64,000 nt of DNA from Gemmatimonadota bacterium (GTDB lineage Bacteria > Gemmatimonadota > Gemmatimonadetes > Longimicrobiales > Gaopeijiaceae), in NCBI GenBank assembly GCA_022822445.1, contig JAJEBR010000054.1, positions 65,015 to 129,014 on the forward strand. The letters run 5' to 3'. The notes under the pieces are model-generated. The model was not told where the DNA came from. It worked only from the letters and a program-made list of their open reading frames with translations, and ran no database searches. The translations under genes were made by a program, and so were the position numbers. Positions within the stretch are counted from its first letter, which is position 1. Each line of letters begins with the position of its first letter. Below are positions 26,284 through 36,950 of the stretch, one piece after another.

Positions 26284-29154
26284 ATGCCGACCTCCGTCCA
26301 TCATCCCCCGGACTTTCTCGCCCGTCACCTGGGGCCCGGTTCCGGGGAGATCAGCGAAATGCTCGCGACCGTCGGCTGCGAGACCCTCGACGACCTCATG
26401 GAGGAAACGGTTCCGGCGTCGATTCGACTCCGCTCTCCGCTGGGCATCCCCGACGCGGTTCCGGAGGCGGAGCTGCTCCGGCGGCTGCGGGAGATTGCGG
26501 GAGAGAACGAGATCTGGAGGAGCTATCTGGGCATGGGGTATTCCGGCACCATCACGCCCGGCGTCATCCAGAGAAACATCCTGGAGAATCCGGGCTGGTA
26601 CACACAATACACACCCTACCAGGCCGAGATCGCGCAGGGGCGGCTGGAGGCGCTCCTCAACTTCCAGACCATGGTGATCGACCTCACCGGGATGGAGATC
26701 GCGAACGCGTCGCTCCTCGACGAAGCCACCGCCGCCGCCGAGGCCATGTTCATGCTGTACGGCGGGGCGCGGCGGCGCGGCGGACGCGTCTTCCTCGTTG
26801 CCGAGGACTGCCACCCGCAGACGATCGGGGTGGTGAAGACCCGGGCCGAGCCGCTGGGAATCGAGGTGAGGGTGGGGCCTGCCGACGGATTCGACTTCGG
26901 CGAGGGTGTCTTCGGCGCCCTGGTGCAGTACCCGGCGACGGACGGTGGCGTGCACGATTACACCTCACTCTGCGAGGCTGCGCATGCGGCCGGCAGCCGA
27001 GTGGTCGTGGCGGCGGACCTCATGTCCCTCCTGCTCCTTACCCCGCCGGGGGAGTTCGGCGCCGACGTCGCAGTGGGGAACACGCAGCGGTTCGGCGTGC
27101 CGATGGGGTACGGCGGGCCGCACGCCGCCTACATCGCCTGCCGCGAGCAGTTCAAGCGGCAGCTCCCCGGGCGGATCATCGGGGTGTCGGTGGACCGGCA
27201 CGGCAACCGGGCTCTGCGCATGGCGCTGCAGACGCGCGAACAGCACATCCGGCGCGAGAGGGCAACTTCGAACATCTGCACCGCGCAGGTTCTGCTGGCG
27301 GTGATGGCGGGGATGTACGCCGTCTACCACGGACCCGGGGGACTGCGGACGATCGCGGAGCGCATCCGCAAGCAGACGGCCACCTTCGCGCGCGGCCTCG
27401 AAGGCGCCGGCAACCGGATCGTGCACGACGTGTACTTCGACACGCTGCGCGTCCGCCCGGCGTCCACCGTGCGGGAGGTTCTTGCCAGCGCCCGCGCCCG
27501 GCGCATCAACCTGCGCGACTTCCGCGACGGCACGCTGGGGATCGCGCTCGACGAAACCGTCACCGCCGCCGATCTCGACGACCTGCTCGCGGTCTTCGGC
27601 GCGGCCCGCGGCGCGTCGAAGCTGGCCGCCTCCTTCGAGCCGGCCCCCTACCCGGGCCCCTTCGCCCGCGCCAGCGGCTACCTGACCCATCCCGTCTTCA
27701 ATTCCCACCACTCCGAGACGGAGATGCTGCGATACATCCACCGCCTGGAGTCGCGCGACCTCTCGCTCAACACGAGCATGATCCCGCTCGGTTCGTGCAC
27801 GATGAAGCTGAACGCCACGACCCAGATGACGCCGGTGACCTGGCCCGAATTCGGTGCGCTGCACCCGTTCGCGCCGATCGAGCAGGCCCGCGGCTACAGT
27901 CGCATCATCGCCGATCTCAAGGGGTGGCTGGCCGAGATCAGCGGGCTTCCGGCCGTGTCGCTGCAGCCGAACTCGGGGGCGCAGGGCGAGTACACCGGCC
28001 TTCTCGTCATCCGCGCGCGCCAGCGGGCCCGGGGGCAGGCGCACCGTGACGTCTGCCTGATCCCGTCTTCGGCCCACGGCACCAATCCGGCGAGCGCGGT
28101 GCTGGCGGGGATGAAGGTGGTGGTGGTGCGCTGCGACGAGCGCGGCAACGTCGACGTGGACGATCTGGCCGAGAAGGCGAAGGCGCACAGCCACCGGCTC
28201 GCGGCGGTCATGGTCACCTATCCGTCGACCCACGGGGTCTTCGAGGAGGAGATCCGCCGAATCTGCGACATCGTTCACGGGCATGGAGGATACGTCTACC
28301 TGGACGGCGCGAACCTCAACGCGCAGGTCGGCCTCTGCCGGCCCGGCGACTACGGCGCGGACGTCATCCACATCAACCTCCACAAGACCTTCGCGATCCC
28401 GCACGGGGGCGGCGGCCCCGGCATGGGCCCCATCTGCGCGACCGCGGAGCTGGCCCCCTACCTGCCCGGCCACCCGGTCGTGCCCACCGGCGGAGTCTCG
28501 GCGATCGGGCCGGTCGCGGCCGCCCCCTGGGGCAGCGCCAGCATCCTGCTCATCTCATGGGCCTACATCGCCCTGCTGGGCCGCGACGGCACGACGGAGG
28601 CGACCCGCACCGCCATCCTCAGCGCCAACTACATGGCCACCCGCCTGGAGGAGCACTTCGACGTCCTCTTCTGGTGGGGCAGCGGGATGGGCCGCGTCGC
28701 CCACGAGTTCATCATCGACCTGCGGCCGCTCAAGCGGGCCACCGGCATCACCGAGGAGGACGTGGCCAAGCGCCTGATGGACTACGGCTTCCACGCGCCG
28801 ACCGTCGCCTTTCCCGTCCCCGGCACGATGATGATCGAGCCCACGGAGAGCGAATCCAGGGCCGAGCTCGACCGCTTCTGCGCCGCGCTGATCTCCATCC
28901 GCGCGGAGATCGAGCAGATCGAGCTGGGCCTCCAGGACCGGCAGGACAACGCGCTCAGGAACGCCCCGCACACGGCGGCCGCGGTGACGGCCGACCGCTG
29001 GGAACACGGATACACGCGCACCCAGGCGGCCTTCCCCGCCCCATGGCTGCGGGAACACAAGTTCTGGCCGCACGTCGGACGCGTGAACAACGCCCACGGC
29101 GACCGGAACCTGGTATGCGCCTGTGAACCCATCGAGGCGTACATGGACGCCTGA
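26284..29154 (+). CDS. gcvP: Glycine dehydrogenase (decarboxylating), single-chain P protein
   Basis: 956 aa. [21 protein letters not shown]; PLP-lysine context [18 protein letters not shown]. Confidence 0.95.
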   Translation: MPTSVHHPPDFLARHLGPGSGEISEMLATVGCETLDDLMEETVPASIRLRSPLGIPDAVPEAELLRRLREIAGENEIWRSYLGMGYSGTITPGVIQRNILENPGWYTQYTPYQAEIAQGRLEALLNFQTMVIDLTGMEIANASLLDEATAAAEAMFMLYGGARRRGGRVFLVAEDCHPQTIGVVKTRAEPLGIEVRVGPADGFDFGEGVFGALVQYPATDGGVHDYTSLCEAAHAAGSRVVVAADLMSLLLLTPPGEFGADVAVGNTQRFGVPMGYGGPHAAYIACREQFKRQLPGRIIGVSVDRHGNRALRMALQTREQHIRRERATSNICTAQVLLAVMAGMYAVYHGPGGLRTIAERIRKQTATFARGLEGAGNRIVHDVYFDTLRVRPASTVREVLASARARRINLRDFRDGTLGIALDETVTAADLDDLLAVFGAARGASKLAASFEPAPYPGPFARASGYLTHPVFNSHHSETEMLRYIHRLESRDLSLNTSMIPLGSCTMKLNATTQMTPVTWPEFGALHPFAPIEQARGYSRIIADLKGWLAEISGLPAVSLQPNSGAQGEYTGLLVIRARQRARGQAHRDVCLIPSSAHGTNPASAVLAGMKVVVVRCDERGNVDVDDLAEKAKAHSHRLAAVMVTYPSTHGVFEEEIRRICDIVHGHGGYVYLDGANLNAQVGLCRPGDYGADVIHINLHKTFAIPHGGGGPGMGPICATAELAPYLPGHPVVPTGGVSAIGPVAAAPWGSASILLISWAYIALLGRDGTTEATRTAILSANYMATRLEEHFDVLFWWGSGMGRVAHEFIIDLRPLKRATGITEEDVAKRLMDYGFHAPTVAFPVPGTMMIEPTESESRAELDRFCAALISIRAEIEQIELGLQDRQDNALRNAPHTAAAVTADRWEHGYTRTQAAFPAPWLREHKFWPHVGRVNNAHGDRNLVCACEPIEAYMDA

Positions 29155-29173
29155 AACCGAAGGAGACTACGAG

Positions 29174-29860
29174 GTGGCCAAGCTGACATTTCATGGGCAA
29201 TCGACCTTCACCGTCGAGATGGACGACGGTACCCGGCTCGTGATCGACCCGTTCTTCGACGACAACCCGCTGTCGGACATCAAGCGCGCCGACGTGGGCG
29301 CGGTGGACTACGTGCTGTGCACCCACGGGCACTTCGACCACTTCGCCGACGCGATCCCCCTCCTGAAGGAAACCGGGGCCACCCTGATCTCCACCTTCGA
29401 GATCGTTTCCTTCGCGGAGACGCAGGGCATCGCCGCCGGCCATCCGCTCCACATCGGCGGGGGCTACGACTTCCCCTTCGGGCGGGTGAAGATGACCCCG
29501 GCGGCGCACGGCGGGCAGGTGCATGGCGACGAGACCGGCCAGTTCACCACCGTGCCGGGCGGATTCCTGATGCACCTGGACGGAAAGCGGATCTACCACG
29601 CCGGCGACACGGGGCTCATGTTCGACATGCAGCTCCTGCGCGGCAAGGTGGACGTGGCGATCCTGCCCATCGGCGACAACTTCACCATGGGGCCTGAGGA
29701 CGCAGCCGAAGCGGTGGGGTTCATCGAGCCGGAGGTGGTGATTCCGGTGCACTACGACACCTGGCCGCTGATCGAGCAGGACCCCGAGCGCTTCCGCGAT
29801 CTCGTGGGGGACCGGGCGCGCGTCGAGGTGATGCGGCCGGGCGATCGCTACACGCCCTGA
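29174..29860 (+). CDS. Metal-dependent hydrolase, UPF0173/MBL-fold
   Basis: GTG start 8 nt after AGGAG. LCTHGHFDHF (HxHxDH motif), ILPIGDNFTMG. Confidence 0.75.
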   Translation: MAKLTFHGQSTFTVEMDDGTRLVIDPFFDDNPLSDIKRADVGAVDYVLCTHGHFDHFADAIPLLKETGATLISTFEIVSFAETQGIAAGHPLHIGGGYDFPFGRVKMTPAAHGGQVHGDETGQFTTVPGGFLMHLDGKRIYHAGDTGLMFDMQLLRGKVDVAILPIGDNFTMGPEDAAEAVGFIEPEVVIPVHYDTWPLIEQDPERFRDLVGDRARVEVMRPGDRYTP

Positions 29861-29876
29861 GCGCGGCTGGCAGTCC

Positions 29877-30755
29877 GTGGAACCCGACGTTGGGGCCGGG
29901 ATCACGGAGGCCCCCGGGCCGGCGCGGATGATGGACCCCGGGCTGTCCTGGCGGATCGTCTCGGACGGCGCACTGTCCGGTGCGGCCAACATGGCGAGGG
30001 ACCACGCGATGGCGGCGGCGTTGCGGCCTGGTGCCGGGACCGTGCGCTTCTACCGCTGGTCGCCCGCGACGCTCTCTCTGGGGCGCAACGAGCCGGTTAC
30101 CGAGGCGTACCGGGACTTCCTGCGCACGCGTCCCGACATCGGCCTGGTGCGCCGCCCCACCGGAGGCCGCGCGGTGATCCACGACCGCGAACTGACCTAC
30201 GCGGTGGCTCTGCCGGTGCGCGCGTTCGGAGGCCCGCGACAGGCCTACCGCAGGGTGAACGAAGGCCTGGTGGAGGGATTGCGGCTGTTGGGGGTGAAGG
30301 CGGTGGCGGCAGCGGGAAGGGTGCTGCCGCCGGACGCGGGCCCCTGCTTTCTGGAGCCGGCGGAAGGCGAGGTGGTGGTGCGGGGCCGAAAGCTGGTGGG
30401 AAGCGCGCAGGTGCGGATCGGCGGGGCGGTGCTCCAGCACGGTTCGGTTCTGCTGGTGGCGGATCAAACCCCGTTGCTGGGGGGTATGCAGAGTTGCGGG
30501 GATTCTGCGCGCGGAAACGGAGCCCACGGCGGCCACATCGAGGCCAGCGGCGGGGCGATCACGCTGACGGAGGTGCTGGGGAAGACGCCAGCCCGGAAGC
30601 GTCTCGTCGACGCTTTCAGCCGTGGATTCGCCCGTGCACTCGGTGGAGATTGGACGCCGGGCGCCCTTACGGATGCGGAGCGAAGGCTCGCGAGCGAACT
30701 CGAAGAAAGGTACGGTTCGGCGCAATGGACCTGGCGGCGCGCCCGGCAGGGTTGA
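29877..30755 (+). CDS. Lipoate-protein ligase / octanoyltransferase family protein (BPL/LPL catalytic domain)
   Basis: VRFYRWSPATLSLGRNEP, VRRPTGGRAVIHD, RGRKLVGSAQ motifs. Context next to gcvH. Start uncertain (GTG 29877 or ATG 29928). Confidence 0.7.
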   Translation: MEPDVGAGITEAPGPARMMDPGLSWRIVSDGALSGAANMARDHAMAAALRPGAGTVRFYRWSPATLSLGRNEPVTEAYRDFLRTRPDIGLVRRPTGGRAVIHDRELTYAVALPVRAFGGPRQAYRRVNEGLVEGLRLLGVKAVAAAGRVLPPDAGPCFLEPAEGEVVVRGRKLVGSAQVRIGGAVLQHGSVLLVADQTPLLGGMQSCGDSARGNGAHGGHIEASGGAITLTEVLGKTPARKRLVDAFSRGFARALGGDWTPGALTDAERRLASELEERYGSAQWTWRRARQG

Positions 30756-30780
30756 CAGTACCGCGGATGCGCCACATTAT
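30752..30780 (+). promoter_or_regulatory. Putative sigma70-type promoter
   Basis: TTGACA (30752-30757, overlapping the upstream stop codon), 17 nt, CATTAT (30775-30780). Confidence 0.4.
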
Positions 30781-30885
30781 GGCAAGCCGTTGCGATACGG
30801 GGCGGCAGCCCCGGAATCCGGGGTCGCGCGAGGCCGCGCGGCCACTAACAACCATCAGCACCAGGACCGAAATCGGGAGGTTTCC

Positions 30886-31599
30886 TTGACCAGCTTGATG
30901 AACGTGTACGCTGCATTCCTTCAGCTTCCGGGTTTGGAAGCCCCGGATCAGACCTTCATGGAATGGGTGGTGCAGACCTGGGAAGACGCTGGCGACCCCA
31001 TGCGGTGGCCGTTGCTTGCCTGCGTCATCGTGGGAGTCATCGTGATCATCTGGAAGTTGATCGACGTCTTCCGGAAGGGCGGGGCCACGAAGAGGATCCT
31101 GCGTGAAGTGGACGAGCTCCTCGCGCAGCAGCAGATCAAGGAGGCGCTCGAAGTCACGCGCGAGTCCAACGCCCCCGCCGCCAACATTCTTTATTCGGGA
31201 CTGGAGCGGCGCGACGAGGGTGCCGAGCGCGTCATGAAGGCGATCGAGAACCAGGGGCTGATCGAGCTCTCCAAACTGGAGAGCGGGCTGGTGGTTCTGG
31301 CCACGCTCACCAATGTGGCACCGCTCCTGGGCTTCCTCGGAACGGTGTTGGGGATGATCGAAGCTTTCCAGGCCATCGAGCTGGCCGGAGAGGTGGACGC
31401 CATTACGGTCGCGAGGGGGATCAAGATCGCCTTGACCACGACTGCTGCAGGGCTGGCCATCGCGATCCCGGTTAGCATCGCGCACAACTTCTTCGTCTCC
31501 CGGATCGATCACCTCGTGATCGACATGGAGGAGTCGGCCCAGAAGATGATCGACGCGCTGTTCGCCATGCAGACCGGCAGGGCGGCCAGCGGGGCCTGA
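30886..31599 (+). CDS. MotA/TolQ/ExbB proton-channel family protein
   Basis: LATLTNVAPLLGFLGTVLGMIEAF and ALTTTAAGLAIAIPV motifs. TTG start 5 nt after GGGAGG; ATG 30898 is an alternative. Confidence 0.8.
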   Translation: MTSLMNVYAAFLQLPGLEAPDQTFMEWVVQTWEDAGDPMRWPLLACVIVGVIVIIWKLIDVFRKGGATKRILREVDELLAQQQIKEALEVTRESNAPAANILYSGLERRDEGAERVMKAIENQGLIELSKLESGLVVLATLTNVAPLLGFLGTVLGMIEAFQAIELAGEVDAITVARGIKIALTTTAAGLAIAIPVSIAHNFFVSRIDHLVIDMEESAQKMIDALFAMQTGRAASGA

Positions 31600-31637
31600 T
31601 CCCACCGGGCTGACAACAGCCGGAAAACCACACGGGA

Positions 31638-34082
31638 ATGGCAAGTGCGGCCGCTCGGTTTGCGATTGCGGCCGCTCTTGCTCCCGTCTTTCTGCCCCTG
31701 ACTCTCTCGGGGCAGAACCTCTTCCCCGGAGCGGCGGACGCCGCACTGCCGGATTCGGTGCGCCGCGACCTCACCGACGGCCGCTACTGGAGGGCCAGTC
31801 TGGCGCTGCGTGCCCACCTGGAGCCGCTCGCGGACGCGCCCCTTGCCGCCCGCATGGTGCTGGCGGAGGCTGAGGCCGGGTGGAAGAACTGGAGCGGGGC
31901 CGTCGCGGCCCTCTCGGCCGGCGATCTGGACACGGCACAGGCGCCGCCCAGGGTCTGGTACCTGCTGGGGACTTCGCGTCAGGCCGTCGGCGACGAACCG
32001 GGGGCCACGGCCGACTTTCGGCGCTTCCTCGCCACGGAGGGCACGGACTCCCGCGAGACGCTGGTGGCGCGCGCGCGCCTTGCCGGACTTCTGGCCGATG
32101 GCGCCTCGCCCGGGGAGGCGATGGCCGTGCTGGAGGAACTTCGTACGCGCTCCCCGGTAGTGGCCGGCTGGTCCGCACTTGCCTCGGCACGGGCGCACTC
32201 GGCGGAGGGCCGAGCGGCGGCGGTTCCCGAGGCGCTTGCACTGATTGCCGACCCGGCGGTGCGCCGCCGCGGCTGGTCGCTCGAGTCCGACGCCCGGGCG
32301 GCCGCGGGAGATACGGCGATGGCGCTGGAGGCACTGCTGCGGGCCGGGGCCGGAGAAGGCGACGCAACGTCCCCGCAGGCCGGGGTACCTGGTGGTGCCG
32401 AGACGCCGACCGGGGCGGAGCCGCCCCCGCGTGTCCCGTTTCTCGCCAGGGAGTGGCGCTACAGGCTTGCTCTGACGGACTCCGCCGGCGCGGTGGAGGC
32501 GATGGAGGCGCTCCTGCGCGAGACCACCAGCGGAAACGCAGCCCTGACGGCCGCGAAGGCCCACTGGAGGGTCGCGACGAACTCCGGCCCCGAGATCCTG
32601 CGCCTCGTTGCGCGCGCCCATGCGAATGGCGGCGAGTTCGGCACGGCGGTGATCGCCTGGCGCCTCGTGGCCGAGCGAGGCGGCGCCCTCACCGAGCGCG
32701 ACCGCCTTGCCGAGGCTCGTGCCTTCAGCGGCAGCGGCGCCCTGGACGCCGCCATCACCGCGTACCGCCCACTGGCCGAGTCGGACGACCCCGCCGTCGC
32801 CGCGACCGCTCTGCAGGAGTGGGCGGGCGTCCGGTCCCGGCAGGGGCGCCACGGCGATGCCCGCACCGTGCAGGGCTGGCTCGTGGAGCGATACCCCGCC
32901 AGCACCGGGGCGCTGGACATCGTCTTCTTCCGCGCGGACGACCACCAGGACGCGGGCCGTCTCGACACCGCCATCGAGCACTACCGGCAGGTCGTCGCGA
33001 TGTCGTCCGGGGCGGACCGCGCCGGGCTGTCGCGGATGCGCTGGGCACAGATCCACCTCGGGCGGGGCGAACACGGGGCCGCCGCCGATGTCTACGGCGA
33101 CTACCTGGAGGAGTTCCCGAACGGCCGGCGCTGGGAGGAGGCGAGCTACTGGGGAGCCCGCGCCGCGCTCACCACCGGTGACACCGCCCGGGCCGCCGCA
33201 TGGCTCGACCGGCTGCGCCGTGAGAGCCCCTACTCGTACTACGCGTTCCTCGCCGGGCGCGGACCGGCAGACCCCGCTGCCGATGCAGCGTCCGCCTTCG
33301 GTCCCCCGCCCCAGGGCTGCCTGGTACCTCCCCCGCCCGACTGGCTGGCGCGTCAGTTGGAAGTACTGACCACGCTGCAGCAAGCGGAGCTGGAGGAAGG
33401 TGCCGCGGCCCACATCGACGCCATGCGAACCGCCGTCTGGAACTCCGACGAACTCCTGCTCCGGCTGGGCACGTCACTCAACGAGGCCGGCTATCCGATC
33501 GACGGCATCCGCCTGGGCTGGGAGCTGCGGGACCGAGGGCGGGAATGGGACTGTGCCCTGCTTCGCGTCGTGTATCCCTTCCCCTACCGGGATCTGCTCA
33601 CGTCGCGCGCCGAGGAGCTTGGCCTGGATCCGTGGCTGGTGGCGGGCCTCGTGCGGCAGGAGAGCGCCTTCCACCCGTCGATCGTATCCCCCGCCGGCGC
33701 GATCGGTCTCATGCAGGTCATGCCGGCCACGGGCAGGCAGCTGGCGCGCGCGAGCGGGGTGCGCGACTTCACCACCGAGACGCTCGAGAACGCGGAGGTG
33801 AACGTCCACCTGGGCACGCGCTTCCTGGCCGAACTGTTCGAGCGCTACGACGGAGACGTCCCCCTCTTCCTGTCGGCCTACAACGCCGGCCCCACCCGAG
33901 CCAACCGCTGGCGTCGCATGCCGGAGGCCGCCGATCCGGAGCGCTTCACCGAGCGGATCCCCTTCGCGGAGACGAGAGGCTACGTCAAGAACGTAGTAAG
34001 GAACAGGGCGCTGTACCGCTGGCTCTACGGGGGCGGCGACGCGACCCCTGGCAGCGCGGCGCTCTGGTCACCCGATATGTAA
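31638..34082 (+). CDS. slt: Soluble lytic murein transglycosylase (Slt70-like: helical repeat domain plus SLT domain)
   Basis: Signal peptide; long Ala/Leu-rich superhelical region; C-terminal catalytic motif VRQESAFHPSIVSPAGAIGLMQVMPATG...AYNAGP. Confidence 0.8.
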   Translation: MASAAARFAIAAALAPVFLPLTLSGQNLFPGAADAALPDSVRRDLTDGRYWRASLALRAHLEPLADAPLAARMVLAEAEAGWKNWSGAVAALSAGDLDTAQAPPRVWYLLGTSRQAVGDEPGATADFRRFLATEGTDSRETLVARARLAGLLADGASPGEAMAVLEELRTRSPVVAGWSALASARAHSAEGRAAAVPEALALIADPAVRRRGWSLESDARAAAGDTAMALEALLRAGAGEGDATSPQAGVPGGAETPTGAEPPPRVPFLAREWRYRLALTDSAGAVEAMEALLRETTSGNAALTAAKAHWRVATNSGPEILRLVARAHANGGEFGTAVIAWRLVAERGGALTERDRLAEARAFSGSGALDAAITAYRPLAESDDPAVAATALQEWAGVRSRQGRHGDARTVQGWLVERYPASTGALDIVFFRADDHQDAGRLDTAIEHYRQVVAMSSGADRAGLSRMRWAQIHLGRGEHGAAADVYGDYLEEFPNGRRWEEASYWGARAALTTGDTARAAAWLDRLRRESPYSYYAFLAGRGPADPAADAASAFGPPPQGCLVPPPPDWLARQLEVLTTLQQAELEEGAAAHIDAMRTAVWNSDELLLRLGTSLNEAGYPIDGIRLGWELRDRGREWDCALLRVVYPFPYRDLLTSRAEELGLDPWLVAGLVRQESAFHPSIVSPAGAIGLMQVMPATGRQLARASGVRDFTTETLENAEVNVHLGTRFLAELFERYDGDVPLFLSAYNAGPTRANRWRRMPEAADPERFTERIPFAETRGYVKNVVRNRALYRWLYGGGDATPGSAALWSPDM

Positions 34083-34116
34083 TGAGAACATGACATAATG
34101 TAATGTTTTATTGACA
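34078..34116 (+). promoter_or_regulatory. 39-bp bipartite palindromic element, copy D
   Basis: TGTAATGAGAACATGACA-taa-TGTAATGTTTTATTGACA. Starts on the slt stop codon and ends 80 nt before the ABC ATPase ATG. Confidence 0.6.
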
Positions 34117-34196
34117 GCGTAGTGAGGTGTGAGCGCCACGGGCGTGAGCGCCGCAGCCCGGGCCGATGGATCCACGCCGAAGGAAGAAGGTGACGA

Positions 34197-34988
34197 ATGA
34201 TCGAGACGAAGGGCCTGACCCGCACCTTCGGCCAGACCGTCGCGGTCCGGGACCTCGACCTGCGCGTGGAGCCCGGGGAGATCGTCGGATTCCTGGGGCC
34301 CAACGGCGCCGGCAAGTCGACCACCGTGAAGATCCTCACCTGCATGATCAAGCCGACGAGCGGATCGGCACGGGTCGCCGGTTTCGACGTGGAGCAGGAT
34401 CCGATGGAGGTCAAGCGCCGCCTGGGGTACGTGCCGGAGGCGGGCGCGCTCTACGAGACGCTGACCGCGGACGAATACCTCGGCATGGTGGCCGCCCTGC
34501 GCGGGATCGTCGGGAAGCAGGCGCACACGAAGATCGGTGAGCTCCTCGGCCTCTTCGACATCCTCGCGGCGCGCAACAAGCGACTCGCCGAGTTCTCCAA
34601 GGGGATGAAGCAGAAGGTGCTGATCAGCGCCGCCCTCATGAGCAACCCGGAGGTGCTCTTCCTCGACGAGCCGCTGAACGGGCTGGACGCGAACGCGGCG
34701 CTGGTGATGAAGCAGCTCCTGCGCGAACTGGCGTCGCAGGGCCGCACGATCCTCTTCTGCTCCCACATCCTGGAGGTGGTGGAGCGGATCTGCACCCGCA
34801 TCGTGATCATCAACGAGGGCCGCACCATCGTGGACGGCACCGCGGCGGAGATCGCCGCCCGGACCGGGACCTCGACGCTGGAAGACGCCTTCGCCGAGCT
34901 CACCGGCGTGCGCGACGCGGCGGAGGTGACGCGCGACCTGCTGGCCGCGCTGGGATCTTCGGGCGGCGGGCAGGACGTGCGGCCGTGA
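34197..34988 (+). CDS. ABC transporter ATP-binding protein
   Basis: Walker A GPNGAGKST, signature FSKGMKQK, Walker B VLFLDEP. AAGGAAGAAGG SD region upstream. Confidence 0.9.
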   Translation: MIETKGLTRTFGQTVAVRDLDLRVEPGEIVGFLGPNGAGKSTTVKILTCMIKPTSGSARVAGFDVEQDPMEVKRRLGYVPEAGALYETLTADEYLGMVAALRGIVGKQAHTKIGELLGLFDILAARNKRLAEFSKGMKQKVLISAALMSNPEVLFLDEPLNGLDANAALVMKQLLRELASQGRTILFCSHILEVVERICTRIVIINEGRTIVDGTAAEIAARTGTSTLEDAFAELTGVRDAAEVTRDLLAALGSSGGGQDVRP

Positions 34989-35046
34989 CGCGCGACCTCC
35001 TTCCCGGGTGTGACCCGCCGATCCGCGCCCCGGGCGCGCCGCGAAC

Positions 35047-36726
35047 ATGATCTTCCGCCGGCCGGTCGAGGCCTTCGGCGCGGACTACACACAGTGGCGC
35101 GTCCTGACCCGCGTGATGCTCAAGTCCGACTTCCGGGGCGCGAGCGGCTTGAACATGGGCGCCACCACGGCGAGCAGCACCGGCTCCGGCCTCCTGATCG
35201 GGTCGATGATCATGTACTTCCTCATGGGGATCGTGGTGGCCATGATCGTCGGCTACACGGCGTGGGCGGCGGGGACCGACTCGGCCGAGATCGTCCACCG
35301 CGGTACGCTGCTCGGCGGCACGGTCGGGCTCACCATGGTCGGCGTGATCGTCGGGATGGCCGTTCTCATCGACTTCCAGTCGGTAGTGATCTCCCCGACC
35401 GACTACGACATCCTCGCCCACCAGCCCGTGTCCTCCCGCACGTACTTCCTCGTCAAGGTGACCAACGTGCTGGTCTATACCCTGGCCATCGGTGCGCTGG
35501 TCGGCGGGACGGCCACCTTCCCGGTTCTCTTCCTCGCGGGACCCCTGGCTGCGGTGGGATGGATGGTGGCCCTGGCCGGGGTCACGATGGCCACGACCCT
35601 GGCGACGGTCTGCTGCTACGCCGCACTCCTTCGCCTGGTGAGTCCGCACCGCTTGCGGCGGGCGCTGTCCTACGTCCACCTCGTTCTCATGCTGGCCATG
35701 TTCAGCGCGCCCCTCTTCATGACGCAGGTGCTGGAGCCGGTGTTCGAGTTCGCGCAGGAGCAGGGCGGCATCCCCACGCCGCCGTGGCTCATCCTGGCGC
35801 CACCGGCCTGGTTTGCGAGCTTTCTCGCCCTCGCCGCGGGGGAATGGAACATCGCCTATCCGGTTGCCGCTCTGGCCGCCGTCGCGAGCGTCGCGGTCCT
35901 GCTTCACTATGCGCGCTCCAGACTCTCTCTCGCGTATGCGGAGAGCCTCTCGCTCATGACCACGGTGAGCCGGCCGAACGTCAAGTCCGCCGCTCCCGGA
36001 CGCTTTGGCCGATCACGCCTTTCCCGGGAGCTGGGCGTCGTCGCCACGCTGGTGCGGGGCCAGTTCCGCGACGACATGACCTTCAGGCTCGGTGTACTGG
36101 GCATGCTGCCCGCGACCGTCATGTACTTCTTCCTGGCGGTGCGCGACGGCCCGCTGCCCGACCCCTTCGTCGAGTTCGGATTCTACCCGATGGGACTGGG
36201 GCTGCTGCACTTCGCGGCCATCGGCTTCCCCCTGGCCATGCTGGAAACCCTCTTTCGCAGCGAATCGTTCCCGGCGTCCTGGATGTTCTTCGCGGCCCCG
36301 ACCGACCGAGCCAGGCTGGTGGTGAATTCGGGCCTCTGCGTCACGGTCCTTTTCATCGCCCCCTACATGCTCGTCTTCCTCGGGATCTTCGCCTGGTCCT
36401 TCGGCGACCTGTGGCATGCGGTAGCGCACACGCTCGTACTGGGCCTGATCGCGCACCTTGCCATCCAGCTGCTCCTCCTGGTCGCCCCACGCCTCCCGTT
36501 TTCGCAGCCACCGAAGAAGGGCGGCAGGATGGCCAGCCTCGTCGGGATGATCGTGGTCGCCATGGTGATCGCGGTCTTCCTGCCGCTGGCCAACTGGCTG
36601 GCCTACTCCCGCCCGGCGTACACGATCGCGTACATCGGAGTGCTGGCGACCCTGGGCGTTGTTATGCCGCTTCTCGTCCGCAGGGGAGTCCGTTCGCGTG
36701 TGGAGCGGCTGGAGTTCGCGGGCTGA
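35047..36726 (+). CDS. Polytopic membrane protein, probable permease partner of the ABC ATPase
   Basis: 559 aa, at least 12 hydrophobic segments, directly downstream of the ATPase. No specific family recognised. Confidence 0.6.
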   Translation: MIFRRPVEAFGADYTQWRVLTRVMLKSDFRGASGLNMGATTASSTGSGLLIGSMIMYFLMGIVVAMIVGYTAWAAGTDSAEIVHRGTLLGGTVGLTMVGVIVGMAVLIDFQSVVISPTDYDILAHQPVSSRTYFLVKVTNVLVYTLAIGALVGGTATFPVLFLAGPLAAVGWMVALAGVTMATTLATVCCYAALLRLVSPHRLRRALSYVHLVLMLAMFSAPLFMTQVLEPVFEFAQEQGGIPTPPWLILAPPAWFASFLALAAGEWNIAYPVAALAAVASVAVLLHYARSRLSLAYAESLSLMTTVSRPNVKSAAPGRFGRSRLSRELGVVATLVRGQFRDDMTFRLGVLGMLPATVMYFFLAVRDGPLPDPFVEFGFYPMGLGLLHFAAIGFPLAMLETLFRSESFPASWMFFAAPTDRARLVVNSGLCVTVLFIAPYMLVFLGIFAWSFGDLWHAVAHTLVLGLIAHLAIQLLLLVAPRLPFSQPPKKGGRMASLVGMIVVAMVIAVFLPLANWLAYSRPAYTIAYIGVLATLGVVMPLLVRRGVRSRVERLEFAG

Positions 36727-36740
36727 AACCCAGGAGATTC

Positions 36741-36770
36741 TTGACGGGAACGCCGCATTGTGGTTATGAT
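36741..36770 (+). promoter_or_regulatory. Putative strong sigma70-type promoter at the islet border
   Basis: TTGACG (36741-36746), 18 nt, TATGAT (36765-36770). Confidence 0.45.
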
Positions 36771-36836
36771 ATGCACCGTTGAGGTAATGTATGGCTCGCG
36801 GGAGCCCTGTTGAAGTAGAGGGTTGGAGGATGCGCT

Positions 36837-36950
36837 ATGTCCTTTGTCACGGCGATCGACCTCTTCCTGGAGGCCTGTCCAGGCCCTCCCCTGTGGGTGG
36901 TGCGAGTCCTTGGAAATCAGGGCGGAAGGATACAGGGGTCCTATGGATGA
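36837..36950 (+). CDS. Possible small ORF (37 aa)
   Basis: Own reading: GGAGG (36825-36829), 7 nt, ATG. MSFVTAIDLFLEACPGPPLWVVRVLGNQGGRIQGSYG. The stop overlaps the next ATG (ATGGATGA). Below the ORF-track cutoff, and no homology claim. Confidence 0.25.
   Translation: MSFVTAIDLFLEACPGPPLWVVRVLGNQGGRIQGSYG

Noticed and set aside
34090-34116. Similarity of element copy D (CATAATGTAATGTTTTATTGAC) to the Xer dif site (GCGCATAATGTATATTATGTTAAAT).
   Set aside because: dif is unique per replicon, whereas this element occurs six times in 64 kb with a fixed two-box architecture. The resemblance is limited to an AT-rich core.
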